Positions 31,277 through 43,153 of a DNA stretch of 64,000 nucleotides are shown piece by piece. This DNA is from Blastocatellia bacterium (lineage in GTDB: Bacteria; Acidobacteriota; Blastocatellia; UBA7656), in NCBI GenBank assembly GCA_963765495.1, contig CAVXWP010000002.1:512001-576000 (forward strand). Reading direction: 5' to 3'. The position numbers and the translations under genes are program-made. The notes beneath the pieces were generated by a model that did no database searches, was not told where the DNA came from, and was given only the letters and a program-made list of their open reading frames with translations. Positions within the stretch are counted from its first letter, which is position 1. Every line of letters begins with the position of its first letter.

Positions 31277-34200
31277 TCATTTATCCTTCTCTTCATCTTT
31301 GGGAATGAGACTTTTGAACTCTTCCATCGCGGCGAGCGATTTAAAATCTTCTTCTTCTGCCAATCCGTAAGCCAACTCTTCATCAAGTTCGACGGCTCGT
31401 TTGAGCGAGGCAATGGCTTCCTGCTTTCGCCCCAGACGGGAAAGGGCGCAGGCGCGATTGTAATGCCCTTCGGCATCCTCTTCGTCTATCTTAATCGCCC
31501 GATCGGCAGAGGCCAGAGCCGCCGCCCAGTCCTGTAATTGGCGATAGGCTTCGGCCAGTGCGATGTGCGGATAGGTGAGAGTTTTATCTATCTCGCCCGC
31601 CTTCTTGAAAAAAGGCAGCGCCTCTTTTGCGCGATCACTGTTGAGGCGGATGCGGCCAATATAATAATTTGCCATCGCGCTTTTCGCCATCCTCTGAGGA
31701 GCTGAAGCGGCAAGCCCCTCGGCCAGATCGTTCTTCTGGTCAAGATAGAAATGGCTCATCAGATTTGCAAAAAGATCGTTATCCGAACGCCCATACTTCG
31801 CGCCTTCGTCTATCAATGCACACGCATCTTTGAAGCGCCCCGCGTAGGCGAGAAATTCGGCCAGATCGACATAGGCGGCCTGGTTGTGCGGGTCGCGTTC
31901 GAGCGCCGCGCGATATTCGCTCTCCGCCTGCCGGGCGTCGCCCGTTTCCCTGTAAAGCGACGCGAGCCCCGTGTGGGCGCGAGGGTCATCGGGCTCAAGC
32001 TTTATGTAACGCTCATAAAACCCGATTGCGAGTCTCTTCTCTGCCTCATCTTTGGATGTCTGGTAATTGTCGGCCAGCCTCATCAGCGCGAGTGGAAACG
32101 GCGGGTCTTCCTCGCTCAACGCGCGCCAGATGGCAATCGCCTCGTCCTTCTTTTCGACTCCCCTCAGGGCAAGCGCCTTGAGATGGCGAAGACCGCGATT
32201 TTGAGGGTCATCCTTGAGCGCCTGCTCGGCCAGTTCGAGCGCGGCGGGCGCGTCTTCATCCACAATCATCAGGACTCGCACGAAAGGGGTCATGCTGATG
32301 GCTTGAACAGGCTTTCCATTTCGCCGGTCGAATATCGCCTGCATGGTCGGGCGCAGGGTATCGGATATCAAATGAAGATTTGTGTCTTCGACTATCGTTT
32401 CCAACAGCATCCAGGCGTCTTTCTTTCGCGCAAACTTCAGCCTGACCAGCAGTTGTGCAAAGGTGGAAGGCTCGATTAAAAGCGCCTCGGCCTTGTCGCC
32501 TTTGATCTCGGTCTTCAACAGTCGCATGCCCTGGCCGGTAAACCGGTTCTTTTTGAAGCCGGTCGAGAACTCAAGAAGTAGCGCGTGATAAGCGTCCGAC
32601 ATCTGCTCGCGTTCGTGCTCGCTCATAGCCGACCACGTGCCCGCCCCCCTGAGATCATCGGTCAGCAGAGCGATGTCGAGCGCGGCGGTGAGCGCCGAGG
32701 TATCGCCCTCCGGCAACTCCGCGCATATTCTTTGCGCAAGAGTGAGCGGGTCGCGTTGAAAATCGGGCACGCTGCGGGGCGCTTCCAGCACCTCTATGTC
32801 GATCAGGTTCAGCGCGGCATAGCTTAACAACTCATCTTCCGAGCCCCTGATATGAGTCGCATCAACAAAATCGGTTCCCCAGGTCGGGTCAAGTTCGATC
32901 CACTCGCCCGCGTAGACTTCTACCCACGCGTGACCGCCGAACGAGCCGCCGCCGTAGGCGATGCCGGAAACCATTCGCGCAGGCAGACCGAGCGCGCGGG
33001 CCATCGCTACAAACAATTCGCTAAACTCACGACAATCGGCTTCGCGGGTCGCAAGCGTCTGAGCCGCGTCCGCATCGTCCACACGTTTCCATTTCAGGTT
33101 CTTATAAATCCAGTCGCCAAGTTTACGCGCCACGCTCCAGCCGTCGCGGTCATCCCCGGCAATCTCCTGCGCCTTTGCAATTACGTTTTGATCAGTTGAA
33201 ACGATCTCGCGCGTAGGTTGCAGGAAAGGCGCGAACTCGGCACCCGAAACAGGCAATTGAACACTCTTTTCAGGAATGTGACGGCGCGGGCGCACCTCGA
33301 TTACCAGTTCGTCGTCGGAACGTTTCTCAACCCGTTGATGATCTGTTGCAACCTCTTCTTTGATGCGGTCAATCACGCCCGCCCCTCTGGCTCGAATCCG
33401 CAGCTTTATATTTTCGATGTGTCGCTGGTCGGCTATAGGTACGCCGTGCGATTCGATCACCGCGTAGGTCGCGCGATAATCCTTAGCTGCGCTTGAAAGG
33501 TCGGCCACCGAGTAGCGGCCTTCGCGGCCAAGCGAAACCGACATGCGTGCATCAATGCCGGTCTCGCTCGGAAGCGCGTAAAAGTTCTGACTGTGAAAGG
33601 CTTCGGCCGTAGCCGTTATCACTTTAAGAAATTCCTTCATCTCGGCCGTGTTGTCTTGAGAGGTTATTTCGGCTGTCGCGGCCTCGAGATTATAGCCGCC
33701 AAAAGCTATCACTCCCGAAGGCGCATTTTGCGCCGCCTTTGCGAAGTCGCGCGCCGCGTCAAGCTTCTCCTTCTGATCCAGCCGGGCGATTGCTTCGCGG
33801 CTTCCCGATACTACGAGATAGCCGTTTTTGATCGTCATCAGCAGATCTGTTTCCCCAAGCTTCAGATGAGCGACGCCTTCGGAAGCCGAAACACCTTTGA
33901 ACAGTTTTCCAGCGTTCAATGCCGTGATCAGTCTCTCGGATTTCAGTTTAAAGAAGATGTTCCACGGCGCGTTGAAAAAGCCTTTGTCGAGATTTGGAAG
34001 CCCGAGAAGCGCGGCCCCGATCTCAGGGCCGATCTCGGGCAAGACCTCCCTTTCAAAATCGAGCGCCCAGACGGAAGCGACCTGCTTAGCTTCCTCTGCG
34101 CCAAGCAGCGTGGCTGCCCACTCGTTCCACCTTTCCCTCAGATCGAATTTCGTAAACCCGTAAACGATTGCCGAGCGAGGCAAAAGCTCTCGCGGAGAAG

Positions 34201-35660
34201 AAAGCTCGCTTACCTGAAACGGCGCGAGAAGTCGGGTCCAGCCCGCATCTTTGAACGAGACTTTATAGGAGTTCTCCCACGCCGCGTTTGAAATCCTTAG
34301 CGCGCCGCTTTCCATCACCGCTGCGTCAGCACCGCCTCCATCTTTTTTTGCGACCACGGTTTGAAACAGCGCGCTGAGGTTGCTCAGATAAATACAATCA
34401 CCGCCCGTTTCGACGGCGCGTTTGAATGCGGGATTCGCGCCTATGCCTGATTGGCCTATGCCTGACTGATCACGGTCCAGCCGCGAAAGCACGTCTCGAA
34501 GCGAATACCAATCCGCGGCAAGCACCGCCGCATCGCCCGCATAGGCAAGATAGATCGCATCGTGTTTAATGCGCCCTGCCGAGTCAACCTCGCGGCGCTC
34601 GATTACCTTGACCGGATAGCCGAGGCACTCGTCGTGACCTATGAAATCATACCGTTGCAAACTGCGCTGTGATGGTGCTGAAGATTTGCCTGCAAGCGCG
34701 ATTGCGCCGCCCAGCGGCAATATCGCAGGAACAAATCCGATAAATCGCGACGCGGCCGAAACTATTTCGGGAAGATCCGCGAAATTGCCTACATGGGTTT
34801 GATAAAGCGAGAGCGTATGCTCGAACCTGTCGCGGTCGCTCACCCGCAGGAGGACCGCCTTTCGCTCGGCTCCACCAAGCCCGGCAGGTGCTCCTGCGAC
34901 TGTCCAGGCAGCAAAGGCAATAGGGCGCGATGACTGAATCCCGATCTGATTTAGTATCTCGCCATCCGATTGCGTTTCGAGGAACTGGGCCACGCTCTCT
35001 CTGAAGTAATTCAGCAACAGTAACCTCATCAACTCGCGCGGGCTTATCCCTTATCTGCGCGTTTATGCGCAGCGTGGAGTAGCCAAGATAACGGAATGGG
35101 TCTTTGATAATCAGGGCCGATTGCACGATGGCCTTAAAGTAAGGTTCGACCTGTTCGATCTTTGAAACGGGAGATATTAAAAGGAAAGTAATACCGACAG
35201 GCCCTTCGACCGTGGTCCAGATCAAGCGGCGCGACGAGACGTCGCGAGCGTCCGACATCTCGAACATGATTTCGCGAGCTTCGATGCCGGACATCTGAGT
35301 CCGGCGAACGGTGAGGGCATCGGCCCCGCCGGGCACTCCGCGAAGCGATTGCATCAGCGCCGCAACATAAGCCTTTAAGGCTATGCCGTCGGGGATCTCT
35401 TCGAGCAAGACTTGAAGGTCCTGGCCTTCGGGGCCTTTGAATCTGAGGCTCTCGCCCTGCTGCTCCCATTCGGAGGGCACGCGAAAAACCACTCTTGTCG
35501 ACGGGTCGACGTAGCGTTTGAAAGCGGAGGCGGGTAATTTATAGCCCTGCCATTCGGCCTCACGCGCCTGAGTCTTCGCGTTTTGCGCCAGGCCTTGCTC
35601 AGAAAAAAAGAGCAGCGTCAGGCAGACGGCTATTATGAATCTTAAATGTAGTCTCGGCAT
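31277..35660 (-). pseudogene. large secreted protein (PsbP-like N-terminus, transglutaminase-like and TPR domains) split by a frame change near 35020-35035
   Basis: ORF 35660 has a signal peptide and runs into non-native sequence; the 1251-aa ORF lacks a signal peptide and carries a DCREFS…HAWVEVY…LDPT triad and TPRs. Confidence 0.65.
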
Positions 35661-35688
35661 AAACTTCCTCTTTGGCAGTGGTCAGTAA

Positions 35689-35820
35689 TCGGGGGGCCAG
35701 GGGTCAGGGGCCGGGGGCCGGTAGTCTCTTGTTTATAGGCCATAGTCAACTGTGGCCCGTATTTTTGATTGAGAATTAACCCATCAGTAACCGGCCCCTG
35801 CCCCCCGGCCCCCGGCCCCT
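35689..35820. repeat. inverted heptamer arrays (GGGGGCC / GGCCCCC)
   Basis: Downstream of the MaoC gene; the same unit occurs inside murE. Confidence 0.8.
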
Positions 35821-36283
35821 AATCGTAATATCTGACAAGCCATTCAGCGATGAGCGAAGGCTTTTGCGCGCCTTCGACTTCGATTGTCACGGCCCAGGTG
35901 ATCTGCGCGCCGCCGGGGACATCTTCTACGGACTGAAGAGTAAAGCGGGCGCGCAGGCGCGAGCCTACCGGGACAGGCGATGGAAAGCGCAGGCGGTTCA
36001 AGCCATAATTGATTCCCATCTTGAAATCGCCGCGCACGGTGAAGGCTTCGGCCGCAAAATAAGGCAGAAGCGAAAGGGTCAAAAAACCGTGAGCGATGGT
36101 TCCGCCAAAAGGCGAATCGGTCTTTGCCCGCTCGGTGTCCAGATGAATCCATTGATGGTCTTCTGTGGCGTCGGCAAACTCGTTAACCCGCGCCTGAGTC
36201 ATCTCGAACCAGTCGCTTGCGCCTATCTCCTGGCCGACAAGCGTCTTCAATTCTTCGATCCCTTCGATCACACGTTTTGGCAT
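35819..36283 (-). CDS. MaoC-family dehydratase
   Basis: FADATEDHQWIH, TIAHGFLTLS and NYGLNRLRF motifs. Confidence 0.92.
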   Translation of the reverse strand: MPKRVIEGIEELKTLVGQEIGASDWFEMTQARVNEFADATEDHQWIHLDTERAKTDSPFGGTIAHGFLTLSLLPYFAAEAFTVRGDFKMGINYGLNRLRFPSPVPVGSRLRARFTLQSVEDVPGGAQITWAVTIEVEGAQKPSLIAEWLVRYYD

Positions 36284-36393
36284 GAGGCTCTCCTTAGTTA
36301 AGCAAATCTGCATTTAGACAGGATTAACAGGATTTACGAGTTTAACCGGCCAAAGAAAATCTTGTAAATCATAAAAAACTTGGTCAATCCTCT

Positions 36394-37578
36394 CTAAATC
36401 GCGCCCTCTTCGATCAGGGTTGCAATCTCATCTGTGCCAAAACCCAGTTCAAGGAGTACTTCCCGGTTATGCTCTCCGAGGCGCGGCGCGAGGCGCGTTA
36501 TCCGGGCAGGCGTCTCGCTCAAACGCACCGGGGTAGCAGCAAGCGGAACAGGCGCGCTGCTTCCCGGATACTCTCTCTCTTCAAAAAGGTTTCGGGCGTT
36601 CACCTGAGGATCGGCCAAAACTTCGTCAAGATTATACACCGGCCCGCAAGGCACGCGCACACGTTCGAGTTCGGCTATCGCCTCGTCGCGCGTATGCCAG
36701 CCACACCAGTCCGACATCGCCTGATTGATGATTTCGGAGTTGTTTGCCCTGCTTATGTCGTCGGCAAAGCGCGGGTCGTCAATCAAATCCTCTCTGCCTA
36801 TGAGTCGAGCCCACCTGCGAAACATAGCGTTGCCTATGGTAGGCACTATGATCCAACCGTCGCGTGTGCGATAGACATCGTTTGGAGCCGTGTGGTAGCT
36901 CGTGTTGCCCTGCTGTCGGCGAAGGATACCCGTCATGGCGCGCTCGGCCAGCAACGGCTGCATAAACATGGCGCTTGTCGCAAGAAGCGATACGTCTATC
37001 AACTGGCCTCGCCCCGATGTTTCTCTCTCGTAAAGCGCAGCCATCGCGCCGAATGCCGCGTGCAGCGCGGTCCCGTAATCAACAAAAGATACGATGTCGC
37101 GTATGGGCACATCCGGGAAACCCGTCAGGCTCATAGCGCCGCTCATCGCCTGCGCAACCGTGTCGAAGCCCACGCGATTGGCATACGGCCCGTCAGGCCC
37201 AAAGGCGGAAGCCATGACCAGAATGATGTCGGGTTTTATCTGTCTGAGCGATTCATAATCGAGACCGAGTTTCATCATCACGTCAATCGGGAGATTCACG
37301 ACGGCAATATCGGCGCTCGCGACGAGGCGGCGGACTACTTCGCGGCCAAGCGGATGCGCGGGATCGAGCGTAATGCCCCGCTTGTTGCGGTTGACGTTCA
37401 GGAAAAGCCCGCCTTCGCCCGATTCGGTGACGGGGCCTACGTATCGGTCTTCGCCTCCTTCGCGCCGTTCTACGCGGATCACGTCAGCGCCAAAATCGGC
37501 TAACAACATCGCGCAGTAAGGCCCGGCAATGAAGCGCCCAAAATCAATAACCCTGATTCCCTCAAGTAATCGTGTCAT
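36394..37578 (-). CDS. family III CoA-transferase (CaiB/BaiF)
   Basis: [32 protein letters not shown] and APRLGEH motifs. Confidence 0.93.
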   Translation of the reverse strand: MTRLLEGIRVIDFGRFIAGPYCAMLLADFGADVIRVERREGGEDRYVGPVTESGEGGLFLNVNRNKRGITLDPAHPLGREVVRRLVASADIAVVNLPIDVMMKLGLDYESLRQIKPDIILVMASAFGPDGPYANRVGFDTVAQAMSGAMSLTGFPDVPIRDIVSFVDYGTALHAAFGAMAALYERETSGRGQLIDVSLLATSAMFMQPLLAERAMTGILRRQQGNTSYHTAPNDVYRTRDGWIIVPTIGNAMFRRWARLIGREDLIDDPRFADDISRANNSEIINQAMSDWCGWHTRDEAIAELERVRVPCGPVYNLDEVLADPQVNARNLFEEREYPGSSAPVPLAATPVRLSETPARITRLAPRLGEHNREVLLELGFGTDEIATLIEEGAI

Positions 37579-37724
37579 AATAAAGTCGGCTCTGAGATTT
37601 GAAGTCTTGAGATTTGTGAAATCTCAAAATGTTCGCCGCGCAGCATCCTACCTTGCGCCCCGTCTTAATTCAACAGAGGAAGGCCGGATTGCATCTGTTT
37701 GACGCGTGTTCTAGAGTTGCGGTT

Positions 37725-39374
37725 ATGAATGACGCGGGACCAGAACTGTCGGCGCGTGTGCGCGACGCAAACATCGGTCGCATGCAACAGGAAGCCTTCG
37801 ATGTAGCCGTGATCGGCGGCGGCATCACGGGCGCGGGCGTTTTGCTTGACGCGGCATCGCGCGGCTTTTCCGCAGCGTTGATCGAGAAACGCGATTTCGC
37901 AAGCGGCACAAGCTCGCGCTCATCCAAGCTCATTCACGGAGGCTTGCGCTATCTCGAACATTTTCAATTCTCGCTCGTGCGCGAGGCTCTCCGTGAGCGC
38001 GCTACGCTTGCCAGAATCGCTCCGCACCTGGCCGAACCGCTTGAGTTTTTGATACCCCTCTATGATGCGAGCCGCCGCTCGCCGCTCGGAAGCAATCGCC
38101 TGAAGCTTAAAATAGGTCTTACGCTTTACGACCTGCTGGCCGGGGGCGAGAACCTTGCACGTCACAGGTGGGTGACGCCCGAACGGGTTCTCGAGCTTGC
38201 GCCCGCGCTGGAACCCGAAGGGCTGCGCGGCGGATTCATCTATTATGACGGCCTCACAAATGATTCGCGTCTCGTCATAGAAGTAATCAAAGCGGCAGCC
38301 GCGCGTGGCGCAGTGCCCGCCAACTATGTTGCGGCGCAAAAGCCGATCCTGATGAACGGGCGGGTATCAGGCGTCGAAGCCTGTGACACTCTCACAGGCA
38401 ATGGATTTACCATTCGAGCAAAGACGGTTGTGAATGCTACGGGCGTCTGGGCGGGCGAGGTAGCCCGCGCAACAGGCGAGGGCGCGGAAATCAAGGTTCG
38501 CCCCTCGAAGGGCATTCACATCATTGTGCCCGCGAAAAAAATCGGCAACAAAACGGCCGTGCTGATTCCCTCTGTTGGCGAGCAGCGATTTCTCTTCGTG
38601 ATTCCCTGGCTTGGCCGGACTATGATCGGCACGACCGACACAGATTATCGAGGCGATCTGGATGAGCCGGTCGCCGAGCCAGCCGAGATAAACCGCGTGC
38701 TCGAATCAACGGCCCGGTACTTTCCGGGCGCGGGCATCACCTCTGATGATGTGATAAGCGCCTTTGCCGGATTGCGCCCGCTCGTTGGCCGCGAGGGACA
38801 ATCAACCACGGAGCTTTCGCGCAAAGAAGAGATTCTGGAAGACGAAACGGGGATGATTTCGGTCATCGGCGGAAAACTGACTACATATCGCCGGATGGCC
38901 GAGCGCATCGTCGATATGGTTTCCCAAAAGCTTGCAAGCGATGCCCGCAGTCTTACAGCGGAAATCCCACTGGCCGGTGTTGAACGGCTCAAACACAACT
39001 GGCCGCAAAAGGCATCAGAAGCGGCCTCGGAGTTTGGCCTGCCGCTTGAAACCGTAGAGCATTTGATGCGAAGCTACGGCGGCAATTATCAAAAGGTGCT
39101 TGAGATCACGCGGGAATCCGCCCCGTTGAAAAACCCTCTGCTTGAAGAACTGCCCCATATCGAGGCCGAAGTGGTATACTGTGCGCGCTTTGAAATGATC
39201 ACAACCGTTGAAGATTTCCTGGCTCGCCGCACGCGCATCTCCCTGCTGGCGCGCGATCACGGAAGCGATTGCGCATCTCGCGTAGCCGAATTGATGGGCC
39301 GCAAACAGGGCCGGGCAGATTCGCCCGAAGACGCTCAACACAGGGCCGAATCACAGATCGAAGTGATTTCATAA
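37725..39374 (+). CDS. glpD: FAD-dependent glycerol-3-phosphate dehydrogenase/oxidase
   Basis: GGGITG, GTSSRSSKLIHGGLRYL, GTTDT, AGLRPL and GGKLTTYR motifs. Confidence 0.92.
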   Translation: MNDAGPELSARVRDANIGRMQQEAFDVAVIGGGITGAGVLLDAASRGFSAALIEKRDFASGTSSRSSKLIHGGLRYLEHFQFSLVREALRERATLARIAPHLAEPLEFLIPLYDASRRSPLGSNRLKLKIGLTLYDLLAGGENLARHRWVTPERVLELAPALEPEGLRGGFIYYDGLTNDSRLVIEVIKAAAARGAVPANYVAAQKPILMNGRVSGVEACDTLTGNGFTIRAKTVVNATGVWAGEVARATGEGAEIKVRPSKGIHIIVPAKKIGNKTAVLIPSVGEQRFLFVIPWLGRTMIGTTDTDYRGDLDEPVAEPAEINRVLESTARYFPGAGITSDDVISAFAGLRPLVGREGQSTTELSRKEEILEDETGMISVIGGKLTTYRRMAERIVDMVSQKLASDARSLTAEIPLAGVERLKHNWPQKASEAASEFGLPLETVEHLMRSYGGNYQKVLEITRESAPLKNPLLEELPHIEAEVVYCARFEMITTVEDFLARRTRISLLARDHGSDCASRVAELMGRKQGRADSPEDAQHRAESQIEVIS

Positions 39375-39385
39375 GAGTGACGACC

Positions 39386-40525
39386 ATGCTCGACATCCCG
39401 CTTCTCGAAGATCATCACAAGCGTCTTGCCGAAGAGGCAGACCGTTTCACACGCGACCACGTGTCTGCGGATTCAAGCGGTGAATCCGATGACGATCAGG
39501 CTCGCAGGCTCGTAGTCGCGCTCGGTCAGGCAGGGCTGTTAGGACATACGGTTCCCACCCCCTCGAATGAATCCGAGAGCCTGGATGTGCGGGCGCTTTG
39601 CGTGGTGCGCGAACATCTCTCTTACGCATCGTCGCTTGCCGATTTGATGTTTGCGATGCAGGGGCTTGGTAGCTTTCCTGTGACGCTCGCGGGCAAGACT
39701 GAATTGAAGAGACGGCTTCTGCCACGCGTCAGAAGCGGCCAACACATCGCGGCCTTTGCCATCACCGAACCCGAAGCCGGTTCAGACGTGGCAGCTATTC
39801 AAACCACCGCTCGGCGAATCGGGGCAAGCTATGTGATTGACGGCGGCAAGACTTTTATATCGAACGCCGGGCTTGCGGATTTCTACACCGTCTTTGCAAA
39901 GACCGACACTGAAAAAGGGCACAAAGGCATATCGGCGTTCGTCGTAGAGCGAGACGCGCCCGGGTTTTCCGTAGAAGAAAAGATCGACCTGATCGCGCCG
40001 CATCCTATCGGGCGCATAGCCTTTAACGGCTGCCGCGTGCCTGCCGGAAATCTGCTGGGCGAAGAGGGTGAAGGATTCAAGATAGCCATGGCCACGCTCG
40101 ACACGTTCCGCCCGACCGTGGGAGCCGCCGCCGCTGGGCTCGCCTGGCGCGCTATGGACGAAGCAATCAGCTACGCGAAACGACGCGTACAATTCGGCAA
40201 ACCCCTGGCCGAATATCAGGCCACGCAAATGAAGCTCGCGGATATGGCCGTAGAGCTTGACGCGGCCCGTCTGCTGATTTATCGCGCCGCGTGGAAGAAA
40301 GACACTCAGGCGGGAAGAGTCACGCTCGAATCGGCTATGGCAAAGCTTTTCGCCACCGAAGCGGCCCAGCGAATCATAGATCAGGCAGTCCAGATTCATG
40401 GCGGGAGGGGTGTGGTTCGCGGCTCTGTCGTTGAAAAACTTTATCGAGAAGTACGCGCCCTCAGAATCTACGAAGGGACATCAGAGATTCAAAGGCTCGT
40501 CATTGCAAACCAGTTGTTGAAATAG
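39386..40525 (+). CDS. acyl-CoA dehydrogenase
   Basis: AFAITEPEAGSD, KTFISN, AVQIHGG and IYEGTSEIQ motifs. Confidence 0.93.
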   Translation: MLDIPLLEDHHKRLAEEADRFTRDHVSADSSGESDDDQARRLVVALGQAGLLGHTVPTPSNESESLDVRALCVVREHLSYASSLADLMFAMQGLGSFPVTLAGKTELKRRLLPRVRSGQHIAAFAITEPEAGSDVAAIQTTARRIGASYVIDGGKTFISNAGLADFYTVFAKTDTEKGHKGISAFVVERDAPGFSVEEKIDLIAPHPIGRIAFNGCRVPAGNLLGEEGEGFKIAMATLDTFRPTVGAAAAGLAWRAMDEAISYAKRRVQFGKPLAEYQATQMKLADMAVELDAARLLIYRAAWKKDTQAGRVTLESAMAKLFATEAAQRIIDQAVQIHGGRGVVRGSVVEKLYREVRALRIYEGTSEIQRLVIANQLLK

Positions 40526-40545
40526 GCAATAAAATCAACAATTTA

Positions 40546-41534
40546 CACCTGTGTGGATAAAACAGCATTCACCTGAAATCATCCTTTGTGTGCCTATTAG
40601 ATGATCCGAGGAATAAGAAGGACTTTGGTAAACTATTCGCATGACAATCGAACAAATCAACAATCTCAAACCTGCAAGACTCCGCGCCTTGACCCGCATG
40701 ACGACAAACGCCCTTCAACAATTGTTTTCTACTACCGTGCCGGTCTTGGTTCATCTCCGTCAACAGGCCAAACTTCTTCGCCCTGATCGCAAACGCGCTC
40801 TCGGTGGCGGTAGAAAACCCAAACTCACTCCTTCTCAGGAGGTCTTGCTCGTTCTCATCTACCTGCGTCACAACCTCGCTCACGCGCGTTGTCGCAGCGT
40901 TGTTTGGTGTTAGCGCCGACACCTCCGAGAATCTCTTTCACGAGATTGTCCCCTTGCTCAGAGAACTCTTTCCCTCCAATCGCTTTGAGGCACAGAAGAG
41001 GTTTCGAGGTCAGGAACCGAGCCTCAAAATCCAAGAGATTGACCGAATTCTCATCGACAGTTTTGAGACGCCAATACCCCGCCCCTCCAATTATGAACGT
41101 CAAAAACGGGTATATTCTGGTAAAAAGAAATGCCACACGCTCAAGAGCCAAGTAGAGAGTGATCGAAAGGGAGAAGTGCTGGGTATCAGAGGAGGGCATC
41201 GCGGGCCAGCATCGGATAAGCGAGTATATGAAGCCAGTGGAGTGGGGGAGAAATATCGAGAAGCGAGCAAGCAAGGGGATTTGGGATATCAGGGCACAGA
41301 GGGAATCGAAGTACCACACAAGAAGCCGAAAGGAGGTGAGCTAAGTGATGATGAGCGAGAGGAGAATCGAGCGAAGGCGAGTGTGAGGGTACAGGTAGAA
41401 CACGGCATAAGAAGAGTGAAAGGATTCAAGATCATGAGAGAGAAGTATCGGCTGGCAATGGGGTTGTTCCCGATGGTAGCGTCGGCAGTAGTCGGATTGG
41501 TACATCTCAACCGAATCCTTATGTAAGCAGACTG
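40546..41534 (+). mobile_element. IS5-family (ISL2-like) insertion sequence inserted at the terminal TA of the IS3 element
   Basis: Transposase remnant; weak terminal IRs CACCTGTGTGGATAA / rc CAGTCTGCTTACATAA; TA on both sides (40544-45, 41535-36). Confidence 0.65.
40641..41526 (+). pseudogene. IS5/ISL2-group DDE transposase, frameshifted near 40885
   Basis: GGRKPKL…YLRH HTH, IDSFE, YSGKKKCHTLK, DLGYQG, PHKKP and RVQVEH motifs; one extra base in CACGCGCGTTGTC breaks HAVVAALFG. Confidence 0.8.
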
Positions 41535-41587
41535 TATAATGGTCCACGAAATTTAGACAGCTAAGAGGGCTATGTTAAAGTGGATTC

Positions 41588-41893
41588 ATGACCACTATGC
41601 GTAAACGATATTCTGCGGCTTTCAAAGCCCAACTCGTTCAGGAATTGCTCAAGGAGAATAAGTCTTTGTCTCAACTGGCTTCCCAATATGGTGTTCATCC
41701 CAATCAATTGCGCGACTGGAAGAAAGTCGCTCTCGAAGGGCTGCCATCCCTGTTCGAAGCCGATAAAAAAGCTGCTGCTGCTTTATCGGATCAGGAGCAG
41801 AAAATAGACGAACTCTATGCCCAGATCGGACGCCTCACGACACAGGTTGCGTGGCTCAAAAAAAAATCTGGTCTCGACCCTCTCTCATGCTGA
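41588..41893 (+). CDS. IS3 transposase OrfA
   Basis: RKRYSAAFKA…YGVHPNQL…LYAQIGRL…WLKKK; A9 slippery run at 41858-41866 for a -1 frameshift. Confidence 0.92.
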   Translation: MTTMRKRYSAAFKAQLVQELLKENKSLSQLASQYGVHPNQLRDWKKVALEGLPSLFEADKKAAAALSDQEQKIDELYAQIGRLTTQVAWLKKKSGLDPLSC

Positions 41894-42578
41894 GCGAGTA
41901 GGACTGATTCAACGCAAGGATTGTGAGATGTCGCTGGCAACGCAGGCTGAGCTACTTGATATTAGTCGAGCAAGCCTCTACTACAAGCCGGTTCAGCCAT
42001 CAGCCGAGGAGATCGCCATCAAGCATCGGATTGATGAAATCTATACAAAGTCACCATTCTACGGCTCGCGGCGGATCAGCGTCTTGCTTAAGCGGGAGCA
42101 GTATGAAGTTTGCCGACACACTGTGCGACGCTATATGCGTGAAATGGGAATAAAAGCGATATATCCTGGCCCTAACTTGAGTCGGCGCGATTTAGCGCAC
42201 CGCCTATATCCGTACTTGCTGCGAGGGTTGGCTATCACGACTGCAAACCAAGTCTGGGGCATTGACATAACCTATATCCGACTTGTGGCCGGGTGGATGT
42301 ATCTGGTAGCAGTGCTGGATTGGTACTCGCGCTACATAGTGAGTTGGGAACTGGACCAGAGCCTGGAGCAGCCCTTCGTGATGGCAGCAGTAGAACAGGC
42401 GCTTGCCAAAGCCCGCCCAGGAATCTGGAACTCTGACCAGGGGAGTCACTTCACTAGCCCGCAATACATACAGCGACTGAAAACGGCTGGGGTGCAAATC
42501 AGCATGGACGGCAAAGGTCGGGCCTTGGACAACATCTTTACGGAGCGGCTATGGAGAAGCATCAAGTATGAAGAGGTC
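41860..42578 (+). CDS. IS3 transposase OrfB, 5' exon
   Basis: YGSRRI, WGIDITY, NSDQGSHF and DNIFTERLWRSIKYEEV; interrupted by the intron. Confidence 0.9.
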
Positions 42579-43153
42579 GTGCGACACGAAGTCGCGTGAG
42601 TAGCTGTGATGACTGATTTTATCAGGACATCACCCGGTGTTCTGCCATCGGTATCCTATCGGAGCGTGCGTCACTGGCAACGGTGAGGTGCGGAGCCTCT
42701 GAGACAATGTAGCCCGCGACTGCCAGCATCAAGGCGGCAGGGAGCTAGGATTGAGTGGCGTGGTCAACCCAGGTGAATCGTTAAAAAGCGTCGTTACGTA
42801 TGACAAGCCAAAGATGCTGACAGGCTTGAACCAAAAGGTATGTGGTCAGGTAGCGGAGTATACTTCTCTCTGCTCGCAGATGTTGAACCTCCGGCGCAAT
42901 GACGAGACCTCTTCCACTCTGGTATTCATGCGGAACGTGGTAAGCCCGTACTTCTCCTACAAAGGAAAGCATGCTGCAAAGCCTGCCGATAGAAGTGCGG
43001 GTAAAGGAGGATGGAGAAAGCCAACGCCAATCTGTAACGGGTTGGATAGGAGTTGCGTCTAAAGACAACATCACTCCGCGCGCAAGCGAGCAGACTTCCA
43101 TCTGGTCTCAGGTCACAAGAGAACCTGACAAACCGTTGAAGGAGAAAAAGCAG

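Noticed and set aside
13141-37503. Long antisense ORFs (e.g. 13141-14139, 20838-21740, 30009-30905, 36469-37503)
   Set aside because: Shadow frames of well-supported genes in GC-rich DNA.
40880-40895. Programmed frameshift in the IS5 transposase
   Set aside because: No slippery run is present; a single extra base inside the HTH region fits mutation or sequencing error.
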